NCBI GenBank assembly: GCA_963796955.1
Contig: CAWCNJ010000004.1
Span: 224,001-288,000 of the forward strand
Source of the DNA: Endomicrobiales bacterium
GTDB taxonomy: Bacteria > Elusimicrobiota > Endomicrobiia > Endomicrobiales > JALOBY01
Direction: 5' to 3'
DNA length: 64,000 nt
In this document: positions 50,701-58,800 of the stretch, piece after piece
How positions within the stretch are numbered: the first letter of the stretch is position 1
Layout of the letters: every line of letters starts with the position of its first letter
Program-made: the position numbers and the translations under genes
The notes under the pieces: generated by a model
What the model was told of the DNA's origin: nothing
Database searches by the model: none
Seen by the model: the letters and a program-made list of their open reading frames with translations, nothing else

Positions 50701-52196
50701 TCTGGTATACCAATGTCGGAGGCTATGGCGTTGATAACTGGCTTACCATAACCGCTATTACTAATTTTAAACAGGCAAGGATATGTGAGGTCGATCTGGG
50801 TACCAAGATACATAATTTAAGTTCTTTCGAAAAACGCGGGTCCATGTTCAAACAGGTCGCAGGTCAGCTGTTTGCCACGTTCAAGCAGACTGCGCTATAC
50901 TGGATGGAAATTATGGACGCTATGCCAAACCAGATAGTAGGGAGTTTCCTGGGCATCCAGCCTGCCGCTAACAATGCCGACTACCGGATCTGGATCGATA
51001 AGGCCAGGGAAAACTATAAAAAATGCAACGGCGTACTTTCAAAAGTGTTGGGGCCCGACGAAGGCAAGGCCATAGCGGCAATGTTCTTATCCGAAAACCC
51101 AGAGGATATAGAATTGTCGAGTGAAAAATGGATAGGATATGTCTATGATTTTATAATCGCCTACGCTTTCAAGGGACTGGGTGATACAAAAGAATTTTGG
51201 AACGCCCTGGAGGCATTGTGGGAAGTGCGCGCAGGTACTTTTATAAGGCAAACGCAGGATTTACCGTTCCAAGACGCTGAAAAACTGGTGAATGCTCAAA
51301 CGGCTGCCTTTATCGCCCGCAAACCCGATTTTGTCAGTAAATGGAAACAAAGCGAACTCGAATTAAAAGCCAGGCGGCCACGGCTGGAAATTATTAACCC
51401 GGAGCTGAAGGCAGATGTTAAAGTCGTCGTATTTGATTGGGACGGAACCATAATGAACCTGATCCCGGAGTGGAAAGACACATTGCGGGATGTCCTGACA
51501 AAAGAGTTAGGCGCGCAGGTGGCAGATTTCCCGACAAGTCACGGATCTGTGGGCGCTATAGGCTGGGCGCTCAGGGAAGCGGCAAGGCTTGGTATTGTAT
51601 CAAAAAAACGCGAGGTGGATTTTACAGCGCAATACGTTGCGGCTATGAATCGTCTTGTCGAAGGAATGAAGGATTCAGAGCTGCTCATAACAGGCGCTCA
51701 GGAGGTTGTAGCCTCGATACATGCGACCGGCGCGAAACTGATAGTGCTTTCCGCGGGGTATCATAAAGAAAAAGCGCCGCTCGTTAAACGTTTCGGTTTG
51801 GACACCTATTTTGATGAAGTTATCGCCAGACGCCCCGGTATTCTCAAAGAACAGAACACAAATAAATTCAAAATAGATAAACTTGTAGAAATAAAGCGAA
51901 AGTACGGTTTAACCGGCGCGCAAGTAGCTATCGTCGGTGATAACGTGATAGATATAAGAGCGGCAAAAGCAGCGGGCGCCATAGCCGTCGGTATAGCTGC
52001 CAACGATGTGATCAGGGAAAAGCTCATCAATGAAGGGGCCGATGTAATCATTAACGGCGATTATGAAGATGTAAAAACCCGGCTCGCCGATATTCTACAT
52101 TGCAATGGTTTGCAAAACCGGGACGTAAAAAGAATTTTAAAGCAACCCATGAAGACATGTCTTCGGGTGTACCCGCCCAATCCCTCGGGATCGTGA
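41733..52196 (+). CDS. Giant multidomain protein, part 1 (signal peptide, TIKI/EreA-like domain, methyltransferase, helical repeats, HE-module, GlnD-like NTase, GT-A glycosyltransferase, HAD hydrolase)
   Basis: 3487-aa ORF with motifs IQDLH/VEGG/GGFH; EVGSGKG; GSGGRGE..KSDID; FIDADE..RQPMGGEF; FDWDGT..VGDN. Confidence 0.85.
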   Translation: MNKIISIIILACFTLTSVGGQALNAAAAELRAPAASRPIAPLFDVVIPQEFGRITDGALASSGQKQIVINIQDLHCNPEVQRNISSILEQLEKRYGLSAVYVEGGYGNIDTSWLCNMSNEATKKNIANALVSGGRLTGSEYYSVTANKPHLLKGLEDEAVHKANIVRLGEIIKRKESVGRILKEMEHELSYMEANDCCRQSRKFNETVQQHTAGRLSTENYYRLLQGYVEKVSGKPKNYHALGNIRMADFPTLKAYIELTHIAKDLKYKNISRQLRPFMQVVKSNISFMEYNDLSDKTDNFSRTNELYFYLGAIAQNPRIAQQCRPRYPELYTFFDYTARNRQINPLSLITEEKRLTEALRIAFAQNTPDLEVSYLADFMVYFKQYLSGSIAADDYQYVSRQLPAFVKTWKDHSITGRIDTLSDDLDRVKEYYDTNCRRNECFLTNANIARSPCSSLACIQDVPPDALSRALKSSQLTVMVTGGFHSEGLKALLQNKGIAYITITPNVTLDTDPAKQLYEMLAQQQAKTFAKQSLALALGSTNAKVITSGNDKFVVELNDDQVTLIRKGEGFVISGSSVRRGGNSARSSAVTSGVKEALAITNKFLHTESLMLNPALSAELIYQLVKTFSLWSAREGIYTGNGLIWSIATDPAVQDIINTREGVTLEDLNQLPDIIQRLTAGHASQPTIDAQVVVCALAILQEKTAHGATGVGSHSEQKISSADKGGSYVDFKIGSRKFRIMHADGVVKSNYYGDFMVESAPMIVEDLKRRGNKLKRVFEVGSGKGAMITAFGLLTGDDTKLIGIDINDKAVALIKQNVTLNGLENKVKVKKGNVIDDWDTEGPVDLILADFPMIPVDPVKYKSQLDEQAFKEINGGADGRYYTDMIIRRASRYLADDGAIAIVQPDFNGVEKTLKLLNENGFEAHVIAKKKQYLDETTFTRNNKDYIEGLGNDYRFATDETGRLYFNIVIIEGIKIKTGASGAGTQSISGAKSQPLIDKDTGETFNYKPHQKAFSSIKVGGHKPKLSGTVVSVLYPSTTIDGMKVKTFKSDGPSGSMRIAQGVYDFAIYDADSDEYLVSDGFWQNFRNAGEHGALLRFARKKQRWEAANKEAVIGYGEQLKYEIDAIRRSKTNIDSWTDDEKGLIPEAAMMERCRRLLGNSVVTATSENRSTNAKLVDMPRTSNAQFVAGLQQRISNRTSLTVNEGEKIIRELLALRTDSSVRRNKIDQLIESVLKIMVREGEQQPLFAPIPYAHKIAFRDDLLDRFGLLFALISETDSNGTYACSGSFIKMVMDRPSIDGKIRVLLTLRKKVLSGELHKISESISLIRSLRALESGRPITSIYLTSMIEQVLKDTVRDDGVRLFADGQRTVATAGLYANKIALRGDVDKRIDLLFMLISEPDGKGGYEFSDSFIDIAMNDASLDSKTRALLSLRKKIANSGSFEVSESMGLIRELLAQVCERPISKVYLTPLIEQVLKRTVRSDGAMVFSADIYPLHIARKKDLSDKIDILHYLLNARDEHGVYTYNQSKILQMLNRDTAELKDAMTKQITSFAMISQLKKEVQSRDTIDVTAAEKYIRRALSVVDGKSIVRPRVTPILMEILDRLARDGEKVFAGSRYYSRHLAGNIELQNLDNFVRLVSEKKRGGGYQQAEGTSKYTGSYIYKIMMHIPDGSRINQLRDLEQEATESATLTVGEGMNLVRRILGMVDGRNINRKQVSRVLETIFAKIERNEVMLPRYARLLSGKYDIADVLDAIQTMLSLKDLSGRYVFSNSFITTNLIKDDIALRQVIAERYHKTITAQLQQISDISVENGNSAIHSLLLSVVGTIISRDQIEPYVESILSKMMRDGQRILLAQNSQVFAQRADLLDVLDIYEKIASARDVNNEYIFSKDEINGLLTERQGSAPEDLKREYCQRVIAVTERQIPTLHPVDMQLGMQIVSQIADSYEMYPQKFEWGHLKLVIKDILAHITRNNELVFVDAQQLNEIVGNRGFRKKIPSLMAQLSDKTGNEYSYSATEIWANLFARKGHVPSMVSLDAQRGEYGDYTMYDRVHESDEISMEDSAALAEAVLVFARQRGVNPYEPDQLAKLLDDLIQEGTITDRSVRKGNQSLGVVIKTSLDLTLAEDGVKQLVAGNVQKAATLIAQAIAKKNPFVPFAERTVLNNDPKIAPKLEALKARLRQMPEFPQKMIDKIRVYDRAGPDKPWMLTAEGSIGFATVELGGNDGETITSIPISAGLLDENLFSLDEQATAIMHEPFALNWRKLNRMGGKLPATDEGYHLYLKAKVNSGIATDDEKREAALLAKVDPLLHEVVNNLPFELTGEITEFFPGIQLAGHVALNDILGLQTQAKRAARFNGLSVTGENTRKAKQVISAAIGGFKGSGRFSFIMIGSGGRGEMCYKSDIDYILLHDDKMTPKELEEIASRAGAAVKKAGFNPVSAFKVGTISTIMDNAEISNIDKWVMYDMAYVCGDQELYGDLESSFKASLANKTQDDRDRFALKWYLLEKRLQNLHSDDPAQPNVKNSKGSLKDIQHIELMAKMLYGISGTDITEIASGMVDKGVLTLAEADSLVGSAKYIFAVRNQLHLLADEEADVLTEPVQKQLAQIFGYVNGADFLGEYKVKAGALYEIAEKLRNSMIKEVGERRGHSWAGMLNMALQPGQSRENYSSLLANGDDIIWLAIACNCKHGDVLEQLLERIMAGKLDWSLLFGLAKSPNSTPAIFKRLLEFKDKGNGYRMVVRDVGLNRSTPVEMLLTITKENGYDYMAVDFAEANLKARPQERNAFLEKEYQLAMVEPLAKARALGKADIVIGIPYYMEQDTIENVFRKILDGLNRDYPGKKCVILCAGNPDNQRTRDIQALINKIGLKGQTQAIAYLVPIAGKGMALRSMMEMAETMDSDVCGFIDADERAITEDWAPSLAAPVLSGQYDYVSPRYTRHHHTATITNHFGFPLVSTVYGKQVRQPMGGEFAMSKEMIKVFLKDPDIWYTNVGGYGVDNWLTITAITNFKQARICEVDLGTKIHNLSSFEKRGSMFKQVAGQLFATFKQTALYWMEIMDAMPNQIVGSFLGIQPAANNADYRIWIDKARENYKKCNGVLSKVLGPDEGKAIAAMFLSENPEDIELSSEKWIGYVYDFIIAYAFKGLGDTKEFWNALEALWEVRAGTFIRQTQDLPFQDAEKLVNAQTAAFIARKPDFVSKWKQSELELKARRPRLEIINPELKADVKVVVFDWDGTIMNLIPEWKDTLRDVLTKELGAQVADFPTSHGSVGAIGWALREAARLGIVSKKREVDFTAQYVAAMNRLVEGMKDSELLITGAQEVVASIHATGAKLIVLSAGYHKEKAPLVKRFGLDTYFDEVIARRPGILKEQNTNKFKIDKLVEIKRKYGLTGAQVAIVGDNVIDIRAAKAAGAIAVGIAANDVIREKLINEGADVIINGDYEDVKTRLADILHCNGLQNRDVKRILKQPMKTCLRVYPPNPSGS
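48069..48776 (+). repeat. Internal HE-module copy 1 (~235 aa)
   Basis: QSLGVVIKTSL...DRAGP...EGSIGF...AIMHEP...PATDEGYH...EFFPG. Confidence 0.9.
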
Positions 52197-52898
52197 TCGA
52201 AACCTCACTGGAGCTGGCGCTTTGCGCCGAAGGTGTGAAGCATTTCGTTGCCGGTAACGTGCAAAAAGCGGCCGGGTTGTTAGCGCGGGCAATAGCAGAG
52301 AAAAATCCATTCGTGCCGTTTGCTCAAAGAAGGTTAATGAACACTCAACGTCGAGGTCGCACCCAAACTTGAGGCGCTGAAAGCCAAATTGCGACAGACA
52401 CCGGGCTTCCCGTCGGAGCTGATCGATAAAATCCAGGTTTATGACCGCGCCGGGCCGGAGAATGACGAATGCTGGATGTACACGGGCGAAGGTAGTATTG
52501 GCTTTACCACCATTGAGCTTGGGGAAAAAGACGGCGAAACCATTACCGCCATTCCCATCTCTGCCGGCCTGCTGGACGGGAATATCTTTAGCCTGGAGGA
52601 ACAGGCCGCCGCTATAACACACGAACCGCATGCCCTAACCTGGCGCAAGGCCAATCGGATCAAAGGTAAACTACCCGCCACCGATGAAGGTTATCATAAA
52701 TATCTGGGGAAGAAAGCAGAGGCTGATAAAGCGACTGAAGAAGAAAAACTTGAAGCCGCCCTGATGGATAGGGTCAAGCCAATGCTTGATCGCGAAGTAA
52801 CCAGCCTGCCTTTTGTTATTTCAAAAGAAATAGCGGAATACTTTCCCGGAGTTGAACTCGCAGAAGGAGCTGTAAGTTCGTTGGGCGAAATATTAGGG
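52178..52898 (+). repeat. Internal HE-module copy 2 (spans the frame break)
   Basis: QSLGIVIETSL (52100 frame) continuing into DRAGP...AITHEP...PATDEGYH...EYFPG (52389 frame); DNA similar to copy 1. Confidence 0.9.
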
Positions 52899-55800
52899 TC
52901 AACCCAGTCGCAATCTCGCGACATGGAAAATGTCTCTGGGGTAGATAATACCGTGAGCCCGGCGAATAGTACAAAACTCAAGTCTGACGCCGGTAGCATT
53001 CTGGTGCATACCGGCGCGGCGGGGGCCACAGCTGACCGGGTGGTGCGCATGATTCGCGCTGCACTTTCTGCAGGAGGGATAGTGCTGGATGAGGGAACAG
53101 AGCTGGCTCTTACTGCGGGGATCTCTGCCGGAGTTGTAAGCGCTTCGTCCGATGTTACCGGTATCGGACAGGGGCGTTTGCTATGGTGGGATGGCTGTGA
53201 ACGTCCGTTCGAGCAGGAAATAAAAGAAGCGACCGGACTTGACGTTTCCGTGACAACCGTGCAGGGTACGGGGCCCGCAGATATGATGTTCGTTGAGAAA
53301 GGCGTGTGGGGGTTTCTGACGTATGACCCGAGAAACAAGACGGTCGTGGTTTCTGATGGTATATGGAGGCCATTCCTTGCCCCCGGCGTCGGCGAGTTTG
53401 AGGACGAGGAACGGCTGTCTATGTTCACGCTTGCAGCGGGAAGCGACAGGGCGCTGAACGAGCCGGCCTCGCAGGAACAGGCCGAACTGCTGGGGTATTT
53501 ATCTAAAAAACTGTCCCACAGAGAACTTTTTGACGATGCGGAAATGAAGCATATCGGCGATGGCGGCGCCGGTGCAAAAGAGCTCTATGATCGGCTGATG
53601 GTTGCCCGGGGCAAGGAAGCCATAGATGTTCTTGACCAGTTATTGCGTGCAGCGGGCATCACAAAAAAAGCATTTGAGTACTGGTATGATGCTATCAGGG
53701 AATCAGTGCATTCCGGCGATACCACGCATAAAGCTGAGGTCGAGGTACTGGATAGAATAGAAAAGGCGGCAAGCCTCTCTCAGTTCAGTACGTTCGACGA
53801 TAGTCTTCAAGGAAAGGTTACGGCGCTGGTCAACGGAGCGCTCGATGTCGTAGCCAGGGGGACCTTAACGACCGGTCTTATAACATCAATAGCCGGCCTC
53901 GCTGACGCGAAGACAACGGTGCATATGCCCGTGCCCTGTGTGGTGGAACTGAGCGCATCCGGGGTCAAGCTGTCGCGCGCGGTCAGGATGCTTGATATGG
54001 GTCTTCCATTTAAACCGAAGGAGCAGAAAAGTTGGATGCTGCGGCGGCAGGAATCGGGTCTTGTTCAAAGGTCAGCACAACGCAGGCTGAAACTTGGCGC
54101 TCCTTCAATTCCCGCACAGGAAAAAAGAGATGCCCAGCCGCCGCAAAAAGAAGCGCTGCTTTTGGAGCCTGCGCAGCAAATGCCTGAAACCGGCCTTATT
54201 CCCGGCGCTCCTCAACAGGAAACACCGGCGCTGAAAATGCAGAAGGATGGCCTTCCCTTAGAAAATACAAAGCGGAAAGCTGAAACGGGACAGATGAAAA
54301 AAGCCGAGCCTATCGGTGAGCCAGTGGTGATCAACAGCTGGCTGGATGACGGCAGGCTTGTGCTTGCCGGTAACGGCGAATGCTTTTTCGGGTATCTGGA
54401 CCAAGAGGGACGCTGCGCTCTTCAAGGTTCGCCATACATAAAGATCCAGGGGGCGTTCGGATTAAACAACACGAACGGCGAGATCCCTGTATTGCATGGT
54501 GATGTCTTTGCGGGAGCCGCGGCTGAGGTATATAACTTTGACGAGATGCAAGGCGGATACCGCAGGGAGCCGGTATTTGGCGATGACCAATTCTATTCAT
54601 GGGGGTACTACCCGCGCCGGATAAGCTGCGCGATGAATGGAAAATATCGAGGCAAATTCGCGGTTTGCGGCCCTCATGGGACTCTTAACGTTGAAGTATG
54701 GTGGCAGGGCCAGCGGCGGCTTGAGCCAATAAAATTGACGTATTTTGGCGGGCCGCAGGTTATGACTGACTTTTACGCGCTGGAATGGTCGCACGACGGC
54801 AAAAGGCTTGCGGTCTGCGGTGACAAAGGAGAAGTGTGGATACTGGAACGGAATGAAGACAGAACGTGGAAGTTTATGAAGCTTGAGGCGCAGGACGAGT
54901 CGGGAAAAGCCATTGGCGAGTTCGCCCGCACGCGGATAACCCAAAGCCATTGGTCGCCGGACGGGCGCCTGCTTGTCTCGGGTGAAATGAAAGGCGACAA
55001 ATCCCGCGCATGGATACTGGACTTAAGAAACACCGCTGGTTATCAGGTAAAAGCGCATTTGCTTACCAATACGCACGGTCAACCTCTGTGCAGTGTGAGT
55101 GATGCGGCATGGTCGGGCGATAACCGGCTTGCGATAGGAGGAAGCACGGACCGCGATGGAGCGCACTCTGTATATGTTTATGCCCCTGGCGAGACAACGT
55201 ATGAAGTTCAACAGGTGGCGCTTCCAGGCGCGGATAAAGCTGAACAAGTCCGTTCACTTGCTTTTTCAAAAAGCAACAGGCTTGGCGTTGTGGGGTATCA
55301 TGATGTTGTAATAGAAAATGTGCCGGACAAAGTATGGGTCCTGAATCTTAAGGGCGACGGGGTTTTTGCAAACACCGTAAAACTGGAAGGCGTTAATATA
55401 AGGATAGCCAATCTTTCCTGGTCGCCGGACGGACGGTGGCTATGCGGTTCAGGCAGCGCCTCCGCGGCAAATATATGGGAGGTCGGCCCGCTTGCTGAGC
55501 TTGCCGCACAGGGCCGTCTCGAAAACACGGGAACGGCCGGTGACAGGCATGAACTGTTGGCAAATAGGGTAGCCGGGGCAGCTGGGGTCGGATCTCAAGT
55601 ATTGGTAACTGCGCAAACTGAGACGAATGAATCCGCTGCTACAAGTGTTAAACCTAATAACCTAAGAATGCCCCCTACTGCCGATTCCACAGATCCGCAG
55701 ATATCAATTGCAGATGAGCAATTACTGCAGAAGTATTTGGCAAAACTGGGGAAGGGCCCTCGCTTGTTGTTTGAATTCCCGAATATGCCTTTACTGGATC

Positions 55801-58800
55801 GGCAGCTTAATAAAACTGAATTCAATGAATGGAAAAAACAAAGGCAGGCGGTATGGTCCCAAATTTATGTTGTTGTAACTTCTTTGCCATGCAAGATAAT
55901 GGATGCTAAGCTCGGCTACGGCGACCGGATCCGCTATGTGTTAAATGAAACTTTTCATAACTCATGCGATGCCATTTTCTCAAATTATGACGCTCGTGTG
56001 TTGAAGAATTCAGGTGTGCCGGTTCGGCCGGCAAACTACGTCGGAAAGATATGGGTTGACGTTTCTGTGGTCGGAAACAATCTAGTTTTCAAGGTAATGG
56101 ACAATGGTTTAGGTATATATGCCGCAAATACCAATCAAAAGAAAAACCTAAGAAAAGCGCTTGCCTCGGTGTACTTTGGCGACCTTGGGGAAGGGCTCGA
56201 TAATATCAGTAAGTACGTAGCTGATAAATCACTAAGTTATGAGCAAAAGCTTGCCTTCAGCCAAGAAGATCGTAAGGTGAGTGAGACGGTTATAACTGTT
56301 CCTTTAGCAAATGTGACATTTGTTCAAGAATCTCTCGCCAGATTACCATCTTTGCAGGCAGCTGAAGAAGATTATTTGCAGGAGCCGATTGGGACCAAAT
56401 CCAGCCTTTCGACAAACGTGGACATGCGGGATGACAAAAACGGGAAACACGAACAATCTCTTGGGGTAGTGATTAAATCCTCGGCGGAGCTTGCGCTTTC
56501 TGCTGAAGGGGTAAGGCAGTTAGTAGCGGGCAGTGTTCAGGGTGCGGCGAGTTTGATAGCGCTGGAAATTGCGAAACAGCATCCGAAACCATACAAGTCG
56601 TTTACTGATCCCGAGCGAGTGGCGGATAGCAGTCCGGAGGTTGTCGCGAAATTGAATAAGCTTATAGATGCGCTGCGCGATCGCGGTGTCAGTGAGGATA
56701 TCATTGCCAAAATACAGGTTTATCCGCGCGACGGGCCTGAAGGGTATATTTGGACCGATGAAGGCAGTATCGGTTTTGCCGGCGCGTTGTTCGATGGAAC
56801 GCCGCAGCATAACCTTACACTGCTGCCGGTTTCCGAAGGGCTTTTCACGCGCTATCCCAATGTGGAAGATCAAGTTATCGCTATTCTCCATGAGCCGTAT
56901 GCCGCCGATTGGCGACGCGCTAATGGCTGGCCCGCAACCGATGAAGAATACCACAAAGAACTGCTCGGTGGCCTCAGTAAAGGTACCTTGCCCTCCGAGA
57001 AAATCCGCGAGGCTGAACTGATCAAAGATGTTGAAGATCTGCTGAATAAAGTTATTCCTGCCCTGCCGTTCAATGTTACCGAAGATATCGCGGAATACTT
57101 CCCCGGAGCTAAGTCAGCGATAAACACCGAAAAATCAATAACCGAGTTGCTTAAGTTAGTTAAGTCTGACACCAGGTCCATTGGTGTGGATACAGGAGCC
57201 TATCCCGTGATACCCGGATATCGCATCACCGGGAAGGCGGGTTCCGGGACGACTGCGATAGTATACAGCGCTACAGAGAGCGCCACTGGTCTGAAAGTCG
57301 CTGCAAAAGTCGCCCGTTCGACATGTTTAGAGAAGAGTAAACCGCAGCTCGAAACAGAATCGAAGTTCTTCGCGATGTCTACGAGCGGGCGTTTTCCACG
57401 CTTGATCACACATGGTGTTACGAAACTCGGCGAGCCCTATGAGATCATGGGATTTGTTGCTGGTAAAACTCTTGAGAAATGGATATACGATAATAGAAAA
57501 GCAACCGGTACTGCATATTCTATCCGTTGTCTTTCGATTATTTTCCAGATAGTGCAGGCGTTGCAGGAGGCTCATGTTCAGCACAATGTTATATACCGGG
57601 ACCTGAAGCCTTCTAACGTTATGGTTGAAGATATTCCCGGCGGAGCTGTTAAAGTTACGCTTGTTGATGCCGGCCTCGTTACTGCCGTGGGTGAACCTCA
57701 GGACGGCAGCGGTACATACGCTTTTTCCGCGCCGGAACAACAGCCGGGGAGCATCGCCGATCTCCGTTTCGACTTCTTCCCGGCAGGCTTGCTCCTGTTC
57801 CGCCTGCTTATACATAATGATTGGGCCCTTTCTGATCTCCGGAAGAACATGGACCTGGTCAGGCTGGACGAAGGACTGAAGCGGGAGTTAACGAATATCA
57901 TAGAAAAGGCCGTCGCACAACAGCCGAAAGACCGTTATCACAACGACAAGGAATTCCTGGACGAGGTAGATCAAGCTTTGGCCTTGGCGAGGCGAATTGA
58001 GTCTGCTGAAACGGCGTGGGCCGATCGTTACCGTTTTGAACACCCGGTTCTGTCGCATCTGCCTATTCTTGGTACTTATTTAATGCGCCGCATTGTCGCC
58101 AACTCAGTTAATCCCGTATCTTCACAAAAAACAACGCGATTAACAACCGGTGAAACGGTTAAGAATTATATAGTTAAGCACTCCGCTATGCGTTTTATTT
58201 ATACCCATAATATCCTTTGGCTAGGCAGAGGTTTTGTAATTGCATGTGTCTCAATTTCGCGCAGCGAGCTTGGGGCGTCGGTGGCGGAGCTTGGGATGTT
58301 CGCCGAGGCTATCGCGGCAAGGCTTACGAATGATAATACCGCGTATAATAAGCTGGTATTAGCCCACAAACCCGAAGGCATGAGTGAAGAAGATTGGCTG
58401 CAAAGTGCTGCGAAGGAAAAAGTGGAAAGCGGTTTTCTTGCCCTGGAAGCTAAGCTATTGCGCAACTTCCCGGGAGTAACGCCGGCAGCTGTTCTAACCA
58501 ACAAAATCGTCCACGCCTGGATAGTGGAAACCCACCGGAAACACAACCTGGCCGTGCTGATGAACTTTAAACTGCACATTATTAATCTAGGCAGAATTTT
58601 AACCTTGCGCAAACCCCTCCCCTACGGCTTGCTGACGACAAATGGGGAAGATAAGTCAAATGCCGTAGCGCAAGACCTGGCCCCATTGGTACTGCCAAAA
58701 GAGCCGGAAATATCTGCACGTATGTCTAATTTAAAGAAAGCGCGTGTGCTGAGCGAATATATACTGTTATTGAGCGACTTGTTTTATCAAGTGTGTCCGG

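Noticed and set aside
52389..52450. Independent start of the second giant ORF
   Set aside because: The TTG falls in the middle of repeat copy 2, with no RBS or signal peptide, and repeat homology continues upstream in another frame.
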